Assembly (NCBI GenBank): GCA_046563655.1
Contig: CM102289.1
Span: forward strand, 124,001-188,000
Source of the DNA: Yuukianura sp. NJ FZ-2021
Lineage: Eukaryota
Length of the DNA: 64,000 bases
Direction of reading: 5' to 3'
A program made the translations under genes and the position numbers. Of the stretch, positions 28,447 to 39,617 are shown in pieces (the stretch's first letter is position 1; the number at the start of each line of letters is the position of its first letter). Below the pieces are notes generated by a model. It was given only the letters and a program-made list of their open reading frames with translations, ran no database searches and had not been told where the DNA came from.

Positions 28447-29791
28447 CTCAGTTCTCCCGGAGAAAGCACCACTTTCACTCAATTCCTCTCAAAATTTAAT
28501 TCATCACCTCGTCCAAATTCTTTCTTCAAGCACTTCCATGTTCAAACTCAACGCACTTCCAACATCATAACTTTTCAAAAATTCACAAACTCACACTTTT
28601 GAAATCACTAAACAGTAATGCTGAGCTAAAGTTTTCCAACAAAGTTTTCACTTAGCTTTCGCTCAATTTTGCTTCTAAAATTTTCTATTTTCAACTTTTT
28701 TGTGCCTCGCCGTCGCTCACAAACTTTGAAATTTAAATTCGTGCTGGAATGAAATTTGCGTGATAAATTTCGTGTTGCGAGGAAGAGTTGGACTCTACTA
28801 CGCAGAATATTTGTGTTTCCGTCACTATTTGGAATGTAGCTAAATAGTTGGTGTGATGGCGGCTTTTTTGAAAGTTTGAAATTTAAAAAGTGTATTTCGT
28901 GGATGAAATCGGAGTGATGCGTTGGGTTAGAGAGCCAATTGACATGTGAATTGAGGGAGAGGTGAGTGAGAGGAAGAGGCTGAATGCCGAGGGCACTCAA
29001 CAATGGACTCACCAACAATGCACAGGAAGGACCAACATTCTCAATCTGAGTAATTAAAGTTAGTAATTAATTAACTACGGAGTAATTGAGATTTGGGTGG
29101 GTTTACATGGGGACACTGTCACTATCCCCCCAAACTCACTCATCACTTGCATAATGTCAAAGTTATGCAAATACAAACTACTTATTCTCCTCAACTGACT
29201 CCAATTAAACAACTTTTTAGATTCAAATACGAGTTGAATGGAATAAAAAATGTCAAATGTACAGAGTCAACAACAGCTTTTAGCAAAAGTTCACAGAGTC
29301 AACGTCACCCCACGTCACTGGCCGGTTTCAACTCTAATTTGTCAATAACAGCACGTACCACGACAAAACATGTCTGCAAATTTAAAAAACTAAATATCAG
29401 ACACATAAATTTTAAATGAGTAGAAACATTCTTGACCTTGCACTTTAAATTTCACACTCTACACCAATATTCTCTCAAATTTTCAATTTCTCTCTCAAAA
29501 AGGTCCAACTTTTGAGTGTGAAAAATGTTGGCAATGCTGTATTTGAGTGACTACGTTTCGTCAGTTGTTTTAATTGATTAGTTTGGTGAGTTAATGAGTG
29601 CAATAAATTAGTTTAGTGGATTGTGGTGTTATAAAGTGAGGGAACTTTAAAAATCAAAGAGAGACAATGTGAGAGGGGGATTATAGTAGGGAGAAGAACA
29701 GCAACTTGTTCTTCCAGTTGTGTGAATTCATTAAAAACCAATCGAATTAATTCCACACTCTGGAATTTGATACATGTCCAACTACTCAAGT

Positions 29792-30167
29792 TGTTAAATA
29801 GCTAAACTATTCAACGGGAAGTTGAATCTCCTAACCGGGGAATCTTCCTTCCTAATAATTCGTCGAACCACGCTAAGAATCAACGTCATCCAAACAATAC
29901 TTCCGATTCCAAATTTACACTTTTAATTGCCAAATTATGAAAATTACTTCCAATTAAAGTCAAATTAAGAATTGAAAACTTATGACTTGAAACCCACGAA
30001 CTTCTTCTCCTGTCAAAATCTTATCCTTCAATACTCTAAAAAAACTTACTTATTCCTAACGGACAAACCCACAATCCGCCAAAGGCCAAACGCCACCCAA
30101 CTCAACACACAAATCTAAAATTAGTCTTAAATACAACCCCCCCAAAATAACGCTTAACAATTTAACA
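29792..30167 (-). repeat. 3' LTR of the BEL/Pao element
   Basis: Direct repeat of 35865-36240. Confidence 0.95.
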
Positions 30168-30259
30168 TATTCCCACTATTTTTTGACACTCAAAAAATAC
30201 GTAATAGTTAAGCTTAGAATTAAATTAAGTTAATGAATTAAAATCAATTAGTCAAATTT

Positions 30260-33200
30260 TCAATAATCACAATATCGGACAGGTTGACGGATGATCCTTC
30301 CACTCCTGGTAGTCGTCTCTGGAGTCATTTCAGGTTCCGGTTCCTTCCGCTTTCTCGAGTCCGTCTTCTTCCGGATCGACTTCCGTTCCAGAAACAATTC
30401 ACGGGCGATGTCATCTTGCTGAAATTCCAGTGGGTAGAGACGTTGAACTGGCCGCAACAACTCTCCATTCTTCGTTCTCAAGCGAGCCACTCGTTCCACA
30501 GCGTCCTTCCCTGGAATCAGTTCTTCAACACGCGCCATTGGCCAGAGAATCCTCTTCTTGGCCTCACTTCCGACAAGAACGAAATCTCCTAGTTTGATGT
30601 CATGCGTCTTGGTCTCCTTCCCACGTTGGACCAACAAACCAAGGTACTCCTTCCGGAATCGTTCCTTGATTTCTTCGAAGAGCTTCTCGAGAGACCTTTT
30701 CCTTTTCCCGAGAGTCTCCAACGTGATCGCTTCTGCTTCTGGAAAGTCCATGGCTGGAATGTTGTAGTGGAACATTGCTGGTGTGAGAGCCACCAAATCC
30801 TCTTGGTCCTCAGTCACAAAGGTCAAAGGTCGACTGTTGACCACAACTTCCACTTCACACAAACAAGTTTCGAGTTCCACGTAAACCAACTTGCGAGTTC
30901 CCAGCATTCTTTTCAGTAAGTCCTTGACACTGCGAATCAGCCTTTCCCACCAGCCACCCCACCATGGTGCTGAGGGAGGGTTGAACTTCCATTGAATGCG
31001 GTACTGACTTGTCCTCTGTTCAACTTCCGTCCAGTTGATCAGTTTGAAGAGATTCACCGCTCCCACGAAGTTCGTCCCATTGTCACTGTAGACAATGGTT
31101 GGTCGAGTCTTCCGCATGCAGAACCGTGTAAAGGCCAACAAAAATTCTTCAGTGGATATGGATCGTACGAGCTCCAAATGAATCCCGCGAAAGACAGCAC
31201 AAGTGAATAACACGATCCACACTTTACTCTTGTCTTTCAGTAGCAGGGGCCCAGCTAAATCGATTCCAGTCACTCCGAATGCCTTCACGTCCTTGACCCT
31301 GTCTTCTGGTAGAGCAGTCGTAGGTACTTCAACCTTCTTAGAAGTGAATCGTTGACAGACGACACAGGCCTTCAAGACTCTCTTCACTGTCTCTCGTCCG
31401 CGCAGAATCCAGAATTTCTCCCTCATCTTCCCCATTGTGAATTGTATCCCTCCGTGACATCCAATTCTGTGTTCACTATGGATAAGCAATTCCACCAATG
31501 GGTGATGACTGGGTAGTAGAGCAGGAGTCCGAAAGTTGACAGTGTCCTGGCGATGCACTAATTTCGTTTTCACACGAATAATGTCGTCTTCGTCACGAAA
31601 CACCCACAAGTCATTCACTTTCCCATTGTATTCACAAAGAGTGTCAGTTTGGATGAATTTGATTAGACGACGTTCTGCCAAGTCTATCTCCTTTGGTGTA
31701 GGAAATCCACTGCACACTTCACCTTTCCTTTTCAATTTGTCCACAAATCTGAAGATATACACAAAGACCCTCAAATTAGACAAATAAGATCCTCTCACAA
31801 CATACCAAAACGATGTGACTTGATCCTCATTGTGTAGTATCAGTAGTTTCCTTTTCCGCTCCAAGTTGATCTCTACGTCATTGACTTCGAATTCTGGAGT
31901 AGGCCAATTCTCACGACTCAACTTCAGCCAGTCAGGCCCCTCCCACCATTTAGAGTCAATGAACTTGCGCGGGTCAATTCCTCGAGATGGTAGGTCAGCA
32001 GGGTTCATCACACCAGGAACATGTCGCCATTCATCTCCTGCTGTCAAACTCAAAATTTCACGAACCCTGTTACCAACGAAGGTACCCCACTCGTCACTCC
32101 GTTTCACCCATGACAAGGCAGTTGATGAGTCACTCCAAAATGTAGTAGACACTTCACCAAATCCCAAAGCCTTCTTAACGGAAGTGGCCAGACGAGCAGC
32201 AATTGTACAACCCAAAAGTTCCAATCTGGGAATAGTCACAGTCTTCACTGGGGCAACACGAGCCTTCGATTGAAGTAATTGTAAAGAGACTCCGTTTTCT
32301 GTTTCAACACGAAGGAAGACGACAGCCGCATACGCCAATTTGCTTGCGTCAGAAAAAACGTGAAGTTGCATCTTTTCGAGATTCCACCCAACTCCACCAG
32401 AACAGTTTCTAGGAATACGAAATGAGGTTAACAATGGCACTACGTCATTCCACCACTTACTGAACTGTGTTCCCACGTCCTCGGAAACTTCTTCCTCCCA
32501 CTGTTTGTTCTCCAGCCATGCCTTCTGAAGTAGAGACTTCGGAGCGATAAGGACTGGAGTCAAGAATCCGAGTGGATCAAAGATTTGGTGGAGTTGTGAC
32601 AGAATCGTTTTCTTCGTGACCTTGAGTGAGACTTCTGGAGATACACTTGCACACGAAAGTTCATCTTTCTCCTTATTCCATCTCAATCCGAGTACATTGG
32701 TCACCCAGTCGTCACCTCGTTCTCCACCACGTTCCCACATTCGAAGTTCCATCTGAGCTTCCGATAGAATGTGAGTTGAGATGTCCTTGAACTCGTGGTA
32801 CTCACTTTCACTGTCCAGAGAGACCACACAATTGTCCACATACAGCGAGTCCTTGAGTAGACGAACGACCTTGGGATTTGAAACTGTATACTTATTCAAG
32901 TGGAAATTAATCACTGCACCCAAGAGAAAAGGACTACAATTCATACCAAATACCACTCTGTTATGACGGTAGACGATGGTTTCCTTCTTCTCTGTGTCTT
33001 TCCACCAAAGAAATCGAACAGCATTCCTATCCTCTTCATTAATCTCAATCATGAGGAATGCTTTGCGAATGTCGGAGATTACTCCAATCTTCCCGATCCG
33101 AAATCGCAACAGCACCGAAGGAATCAATTCCAGTAGATTGGGCCCTTTCTCCAGCATGTCATTTAAGGAAGGAGCTCGTCCCACCTTACACGATGCGTCG

Positions 33201-35512
33201 AAAACTGGTCTGACGGGTGTAGTAGTACTGCTAACTTTGATAACAGCCCGATGTGGTAAATAGTGACAGTTTTGACACTCCAACATCCCGTCTTCATCTA
33301 ACCGTGAAATGACTGCTTCGTCTTCCCACGTCTTGAAGATGGTGTTGTAGTCCTCGAATTTCCCCATAGCCACCAATTTCTTTGTAGTCCCCTCCAGTCG
33401 CCTAAAAGCCACTTCTCGGTTTGATGGGACTCTGATTTCTTTACTCACCCACGGAAGACTCACTGAATAACGGCCATTCGGCATCCTCTTCACAGTCTGA
33501 AGAAAGTGATCCAAAACTGCAGTCTCTCGTTCTTCTTTGGATTGGGCTTCAGCAGGATCACAAATTCCAATAGTGTCAAGTTTCCATAGTTCAGGAACCG
33601 TAGCACTCATAACAGTCATAGAGAGCACACTGGTAGCCAGATTGTTCACTTCAACCGTATGACTCATCTCAGGACCCATGAAACACCAACCAAATCTGGT
33701 TTCTGTGACTACTGAGCCACTGTCCAAACGATGAATCTTGCCAGTCAGGATCTCTCCTAGGATATCAGCACCGATAAGCAGTTCTACTTCCATGGAGTTC
33801 CTATGGTCTGAGTCACTGAGCCTAATCCCTTTCTTTTCCAGTTCCGTCAAAATGAGTCCCACTGAAACACGAGGTACACTACCACAAAGTTGTTCCTGGT
33901 CCATAACACGGATTGGCAACTTGAAAGGTCCACAGGCACTACACAAAACAACATCATAAAGATCATGTTTCACATTTTGAATCTCACCACCCCCGAACAA
34001 CTGATGATTGATGGTGAGCTTCTTTACTGATTGTAGTCCCAGTTCCTCAGCAGTGCGCTTCAGCACATACGAACGTTGAGACCCACAATCCAGTAGAACT
34101 CTCACTTTCTTCTCATCTCCAGTCTGTTGATTCCGAATCCACACCATGAGAGTTCTTAAAATAACAGCACTGGTACAGTTCAGATTTGATTGAATTGTTT
34201 GGGTGGCTTCCTTCTGCTGAGACTGTTCAGTAGGCTTCTTCCCACCATCACACAGCAGAGTGCAATGACCTTTGCAGCAATTTGGGCACTTTGTCATTTT
34301 GCACTGTCTTGATTGATGGCCCTTCTGAAGACACAAGAAACAAACTTTTGCCTGTTTAACTTTAAGGAGACGTTGATCCAGTGATAATTTAGGAGCCTTG
34401 AAACATGACCTGCTACCGTGACCTCCCTTACCACAAAATACGCACAAAGGTTTTTCTGAAGACCCGTTGAATAATCCAGCGGCCGTAGGCTCGTCTTCAA
34501 CATCTTCAGTCTCCTTCCTCTTGTTCGTCCTTTTGCGATCAATGGAGTTGAAGCCAGTTCTGGCCAGTTTCCTTTGCTCTTCATGATCAATCTCCTTCTT
34601 CAAGAAGTCCATGAGTAGATCCAGTTCTGATTTCGAATTCTCTTCCTCTGGATCCGACGATTTCCCAAAATTTGGATGTCTCTGCCATGCTCTCAGCACT
34701 TCCTCAGGCAGCGCAGACTCAACCAATGGGTACAAGAAGACAGCAGATTGTTCAATTGTGACTCCAAGCGATTCCAACGAGCGTAAATGAGCCACCAATT
34801 TGTCAAACATTGTTGACAATGCCACTGCCTCTGTATTCCTGTTGGTAATGATCATTGAGATGAGTTCCCTCACGTACAACTGCTGAAGTGTCTTCGGGTT
34901 CCCAAATCTCTCTTTCAAGGCAGCAATCACCTTAGGATAATTGGCTGCTGACTGCGGGTAACTTGCGACGAGTGCTGCTGCACGACTTCCCTTCGTCATA
35001 CATTGAGACAGATAAGAGAACTTGTCAGTAGTATGCAGATCCTCGTCATCATGAATCTTCTGAAACTGGGCCCACCAGCCCAGCCACTCCTTCAAATCCC
35101 CGTTGAACTCCTTCAGTTCTACTTTTGGCAATTTGAAGTTCCGTTTAGAACGGGAAGTAGAACCGTCCGAATCTCCTCCGACTTCTGAACGTGCTACATT
35201 CCCGGGTACTGGCGGTGGGTAGAGAAGCTTGTTGACCTTGTGTTTTAACACCTCCGCTCGGGTGATGTATACAGTACAAGCGTCATCTTCTGCTTCAAGT
35301 TCTGTCATGGTGACATCTGTATTCTTCATCATTTCTTCTAGAATCTTCTCATCCATCTCTCTCAAAGTCTTGATATGGTCATCTAGAATCGTGATTGATA
35401 CTTGCAGCGCATCTAAGTCCCCGTGTTCCTTCTGAACTTCTGCTTCTGCGGCAGTCATGACCTTAGTCGCTGCAGTCCTCTTCAATCGACGTAACTTCTT
35501 CAGGTTATCCAT
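30260..35512 (-). CDS. BEL/Pao Gag-Pol polyprotein, 1750 aa, uninterrupted
   Basis: Gag region (KLPKVELKEFNGD), Cys/His knuckles, protease LLDCGS, RT LYVDN, RNase H FSDAS, integrase HHCC and YSDNGTNF...WERL. Confidence 0.97.
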   Translation of the reverse strand: MDNLKKLRRLKRTAATKVMTAAEAEVQKEHGDLDALQVSITILDDHIKTLREMDEKILEEMMKNTDVTMTELEAEDDACTVYITRAEVLKHKVNKLLYPPPVPGNVARSEVGGDSDGSTSRSKRNFKLPKVELKEFNGDLKEWLGWWAQFQKIHDDEDLHTTDKFSYLSQCMTKGSRAAALVASYPQSAANYPKVIAALKERFGNPKTLQQLYVRELISMIITNRNTEAVALSTMFDKLVAHLRSLESLGVTIEQSAVFLYPLVESALPEEVLRAWQRHPNFGKSSDPEEENSKSELDLLMDFLKKEIDHEEQRKLARTGFNSIDRKRTNKRKETEDVEDEPTAAGLFNGSSEKPLCVFCGKGGHGSRSCFKAPKLSLDQRLLKVKQAKVCFLCLQKGHQSRQCKMTKCPNCCKGHCTLLCDGGKKPTEQSQQKEATQTIQSNLNCTSAVILRTLMVWIRNQQTGDEKKVRVLLDCGSQRSYVLKRTAEELGLQSVKKLTINHQLFGGGEIQNVKHDLYDVVLCSACGPFKLPIRVMDQEQLCGSVPRVSVGLILTELEKKGIRLSDSDHRNSMEVELLIGADILGEILTGKIHRLDSGSVVTETRFGWCFMGPEMSHTVEVNNLATSVLSMTVMSATVPELWKLDTIGICDPAEAQSKEERETAVLDHFLQTVKRMPNGRYSVSLPWVSKEIRVPSNREVAFRRLEGTTKKLVAMGKFEDYNTIFKTWEDEAVISRLDEDGMLECQNCHYLPHRAVIKVSSTTTPVRPVFDASCKVGRAPSLNDMLEKGPNLLELIPSVLLRFRIGKIGVISDIRKAFLMIEINEEDRNAVRFLWWKDTEKKETIVYRHNRVVFGMNCSPFLLGAVINFHLNKYTVSNPKVVRLLKDSLYVDNCVVSLDSESEYHEFKDISTHILSEAQMELRMWERGGERGDDWVTNVLGLRWNKEKDELSCASVSPEVSLKVTKKTILSQLHQIFDPLGFLTPVLIAPKSLLQKAWLENKQWEEEVSEDVGTQFSKWWNDVVPLLTSFRIPRNCSGGVGWNLEKMQLHVFSDASKLAYAAVVFLRVETENGVSLQLLQSKARVAPVKTVTIPRLELLGCTIAARLATSVKKALGFGEVSTTFWSDSSTALSWVKRSDEWGTFVGNRVREILSLTAGDEWRHVPGVMNPADLPSRGIDPRKFIDSKWWEGPDWLKLSRENWPTPEFEVNDVEINLERKRKLLILHNEDQVTSFWYVVRGSYLSNLRVFVYIFRFVDKLKRKGEVCSGFPTPKEIDLAERRLIKFIQTDTLCEYNGKVNDLWVFRDEDDIIRVKTKLVHRQDTVNFRTPALLPSHHPLVELLIHSEHRIGCHGGIQFTMGKMREKFWILRGRETVKRVLKACVVCQRFTSKKVEVPTTALPEDRVKDVKAFGVTGIDLAGPLLLKDKSKVWIVLFTCAVFRGIHLELVRSISTEEFLLAFTRFCMRKTRPTIVYSDNGTNFVGAVNLFKLINWTEVEQRTSQYRIQWKFNPPSAPWWGGWWERLIRSVKDLLKRMLGTRKLVYVELETCLCEVEVVVNSRPLTFVTEDQEDLVALTPAMFHYNIPAMDFPEAEAITLETLGKRKRSLEKLFEEIKERFRKEYLGLLVQRGKETKTHDIKLGDFVLVGSEAKKRILWPMARVEELIPGKDAVERVARLRTKNGELLRPVQRLYPLEFQQDDIARELFLERKSIRKKTDSRKRKEPEPEMTPETTTRSGRIIRQPVRYCDY

Positions 35513-35864
35513 GTCTCTCTCAACAGAAAGATAGGATCAATACCAGAATCCAGCCAATTATAACGAACGATCGTTACCTTGTTCGGTTCCACTCCGGTAG
35601 GAACGCACCACGATGTGAACGGCGGTTCAATTATAGACGTGAACCCGCGTCCGTGACTCCCTCAATGATCCAAGATCCAGAATGAGTGTCCAGTCACCGT
35701 CCAAAATCAACGAAACGAGAATTAGCCTGATTCAGGATTCAAATGCAAATTGGAATCTATCACCTGGTTTAATCCCACTCCGGTAGGGATCTACCACGAT
35801 GTATATCTTTGTTTAACGATGTCCAGTTGTTCCAGCGATTGACGGTCCGGCCAGGGTCACCATA

Positions 35865-36240
35865 TGTTAAATAGCTAAACTATTCAACGGGAAGTTGAAT
35901 CTCCTAACCGGGGAATCTTCCTTCCTAATAATTCGTCGAACCACGCTAAGAATCAACGTCATCCAAACAATACTTCCGATTCCAAATTTACACTTTTAAT
36001 TGCCAAATTATGAAAATTACTTCCAATTAAAGTCAAATTAAGAATTGAAAACTTATGACTTGAAACCCACGAACTTCTTCTCCTGTCAAAATCTTATCCT
36101 TCAATACTCTAAAAAAACTTACTTATTCCTAACGGACAAACCCACAATCCGCCAAAGGCCAAACGCCACCCAACTCAACACACAAATCTAAAATTAGTCT
36201 TAAATACAACCCCCCCAAAATAACGCTTAACAATTTAACA
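35865..36240 (-). repeat. 5' LTR of the BEL/Pao element
   Basis: Direct repeat of 29792-30167; PBS immediately internal. Confidence 0.95.
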
Positions 36241-36506
36241 CAAGTGAACATAGGAAATTGACTGTACAGGTCAAAGGTCAACTGCTTCAATCCAACGGAA
36301 TTCCAAAATCAAGTTTCAAAATCTGCTCAAAATCACTTCCCCACTTTTTCCACATCTCTCTGCTGAAGAGATTTTATCTTTTACAAATTTGTAACATGCC
36401 ACTGTAGGCACAAAAAAAGAAGGTTGTATTTCGTTTGTAGAGCTGGATTGCGTTTGTTTTATTTTTATAGAAATTGAATGGATTTTAAATTTAGAAAATT
36501 AAAATG

Positions 36507-38402
36507 CTACTCGCATGCTACTCTTGCGACGTTTTCTAGTAGATCTGCTGCTCTTTTGATGTTATTAGCTGCTTTGATGCGTGTTGAAATGGTTTTCATG
36601 CGTTTTTCCAGCATGTCGTCTGCCAAGAGTGTTTCAATTCCTTGCAGAAGTTCCTGTTCTGTGACCTGGTAGGGATCAAAGTGCAGTCCAAGTCCCATTT
36701 CTGTCACTCGCTGGCCATTGTCAGCTTGGTCGCAAAACAGCGGCAACACCAACACTTTCTTTCCGAAATGAAATGATTCTGTGATTGTGTTGTTGCCACC
36801 GTGAGTTATGACGAGGTCAACCAATGGAAGGAGGTTCGTCTGCGGCAGACTGTTGGCCCCCCACATGTTGTCACCAAGCTCCAACTGGTCGCCAAGTGGA
36901 CCTAAACAAAAGTTACACATAGTTACCATCAAGTTACGATGGTTACATGTCATGGTTACTTAATTGTAACGATGTAGCTGTAGTTACCTTTGGAAATGAT
37001 GAATCTGTGTGGAGATTTGGAGCAAATGGAGATGAGTTTGTTCATGAGCTGGAGTTCGGAGCAGCCGATGGATCCGAGCGACACGTACACCAATTTCCCC
37101 GCCAGATTTTGGAGTTTGGCGGGAATTTCAAAATGTTTTGGATCCGAGCGGACAAGAGCATCAAATTGATGGAAGTTGGGAGGGTAAGGACGGTGGATGT
37201 GATAGTCCAACTCCTGGGGGTACATGTAGAGGTTGGCATAGGGGGAGTCCCTTGTCCAGATCGCTCTGTCGTCATATCTCAACTCACTCCCGCCCTTCTC
37301 CAGGATCCAGGACCGGAACTCTTCAAAGATCGGTTCCAGAACTTGCCGCTGTTTCTTCCGGTACTCGTCCCACAGAGTGTAGTCAGGATCCAGGGAAGAG
37401 TAGCCGCTGAATGCTGGAGCAACATTGTCCACCGCCAGGCCAATTGGGTTGATAGACGTCAAACACACCCAGGGGTAACCTGCAATTTATAAGTACTTTA
37501 ATTACACTAATTACTTTGTCATTACCAAGTAATTACTCACAATTTGTATCCAGTTCATTCGAAATAAAATATTATGTGTATTTGACTTGTAGTTCTAAAA
37601 TATATGATTTCTTGTAGTAATTACTTTGTAATTACCTAGTAATTACTTGGTATTTGGAAAAAGTTCAGATGAAATGAAATATCTATCGCCAATGGACAAC
37701 TTGTAATTCCCAAATGTGTGGCACTCATAGCACTTACATTGTAATTACTAAGCAATTACATCTTAATTACTTTGTAATTACCAAGTAATTATTTGGTATG
37801 TGGAAAATGTTCAGTCGATATTAAAAATCTATCATAGACGGATATCTTGTTATCCGTAAATGCGTAATTACTAATTACTAATCACTCATATAATAGGAGC
37901 AACATAATTACCATGTAATTACTCATAGGCGTTAGTAATTGCCAAGTAATTACCCGGTAGTTCATGTGATACAAAAGAGTGCGACTACTGAAATGGATTG
38001 TTTACCGGAGTCTGAGAGTGCTGGGTTGTAGATAGCGTCGACCATGATTAAATCCGGTTGTATTTCTTCCACAATTTGGCGTAGTTTGGCGTCTGAGTCT
38101 TTGGCGTTTTGAATGAGTTGGCGATAGATGTTGGAGTTGAAGTGTTCTAGTTTGGCGAGAGGGGGCATTGCGAGTGCTGGACTCATTGTTTTCACCATTT
38201 CCCCCCACTTCTCCAGAGATGGCTCCTCCTTCTGCTCATCCTGGAAACATCTCTCACTGAAGCCCAGGGGGGTCAGTTTGCCCACCCAACTCTGCGACAC
38301 TCCGAATGTGACCGAGTGACCTCTCTCCACTAACTCCTGACCCACTCCAATCATCGCATTCACATGACCAACAGCATCAATTGGAACAAACAAAAACTTC
38401 AT
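36507..38402 (-). CDS. Soluble GT1 UDP-glycosyltransferase of bacterial (macrolide GT-like) type; 3 exons
   Basis: MKFLFVPIDAVGHVNA (catalytic His, no signal peptide), LVYVSLGS, LPQTNLL..DLVITHGGNNTITES..LPLFCDQ; ends AADLLENVARVACE* with no transmembrane tail. Confidence 0.9.
37490..37960. repeat. Degenerate TAATTAC-rich repeat region in UGT intron 1
   Basis: Many copies of (G)TAATTAC and larger duplicated blocks (attactttgtaattaccaagtaatta). Confidence 0.6.
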
Positions 38403-38603
38403 CTTCTCCAATTTCTGTAAACAACTTCAACTGCTAACAAACAGAGGAATTCGGAATTAAAATGAAGCATTGTTATTTATTTTATATAACTAACGAAATC
38501 TAGCGGTTGTGTGTCCGTCTGTACCATTAGTATAAATTACTGTTTATAACTAGGTCGCGTGTACGTGTGCTACGTTGAATACATAAAAAATGGATTTAAA
38601 AAC

Positions 38604-38873
38604 GGGAGCACGCCATTGGTTCAAATGAATTGGTTCAAATGCGAATTGGTTCTAAAAATAATTGGTTCTAAACACTAGTTGTTTAGGCTATAAGGCTTAA
38701 ATTAGGTTAACTTGGATTAGAATAATTAAGTTTAGGTTAGCTTACTTATTTTAGGTTAGGTTAGGTTAGGTTTAGGTATCAAAATTAGGTTTTAGAACCA
38801 ATTATTTTTAGAACCAATTCGTATTTGAACCAATTCATTTGAACCAATTCATTTGAACCAATGGCATGGAACC
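38604..38873. mobile_element. MITE with tandem-repeat subterminal arms and a TTAGG core (MULE-like)
   Basis: GCCATTGGTTCAAATGAATTGGTTC... mirrored by ...GAACCAATTCATTTGAACCAATGGC; 8-bp direct flank TTAAAAAC at 38596-38603 and 38874-38881. Confidence 0.8.
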
Positions 38874-39617
38874 TTAAAAACAACTTTTGTAAGAATTTAC
38901 CGAAACAAAAATTATGGTTTGTTTTTAAAAATAGGCGGACACTGGTTTTAGTGATTGACGCTATTAGTAAACTGAATACTGAATCACCTAATCAATTCGA
39001 ATGAAGTGGTTTTGCTGTGTATGGCACTTAACTTTAGACTGTCGGGGTTCTAAGCGACGTTTCGTTTTAATATTGTTATTCTAATTGAGAAGTTGGTTTG
39101 GATTCCAGGAATAAAAATCTCTTTTTGTTGCACTTGAACATTGGAATTTCGCAATTCCGTAAGTGTCATGATGGCCTTGACGTTTTTTCTATTACCAGCT
39201 AAGTTTCTCCTAACACGCTAATTCAAGAGACATAGGAACACATTTCTCAAGGAGAGCAACATCTCCAAATTATTTCCATTTAGCCAAAACTAGAAAGTTT
39301 TGCAAGTTCCGAATCTTAGTTGTTAGTCTTAAATAATATAAAAATATACTATGTCTCTTCAATTCCGTGATTCCACTCAATTACATTGTTAGTAACTTAT
39401 AAGTTTACCACATTTCAGTAACAAAAACGCCACTTTTTAAAAATTCAGAAAAGTTGTGTAACAGGTCGGCACATGCTCAAAACGCCCTTGGTTTATGCTT
39501 TTCGTCTGAAAATGACATTTGACCTTCAAAGTCAATCAAAATTCCAGTTTTTACTCTTTTTTAGTTTTGTTACATAAATTTTTGATAGTTAGTTTATAAA
39601 TTTAAATGCAAGTGGTG

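Larger units (their letters stand above)
29792..36240 (-). mobile_element. Full-length BEL/Pao LTR retrotransposon
   Basis: Two 376-bp LTRs (TGTT...AACA), 5-bp TSD CAAGT (29787-29791, 36241-36245), PBS TGGTGACCCTGGCCGG next to the 5' LTR, purine-rich GTGGGAATA before the 3' LTR. Confidence 0.97.

Noticed and set aside
30284..35435. Short plus-strand ORFs overlapping Gag-Pol
   Set aside because: Antisense shadows of the long ORF with no recognisable motifs.
35840..35864. tRNA gene fragment next to the LTR
   Set aside because: It is the primer-binding site only; I cannot reliably assign the tRNA isotype.
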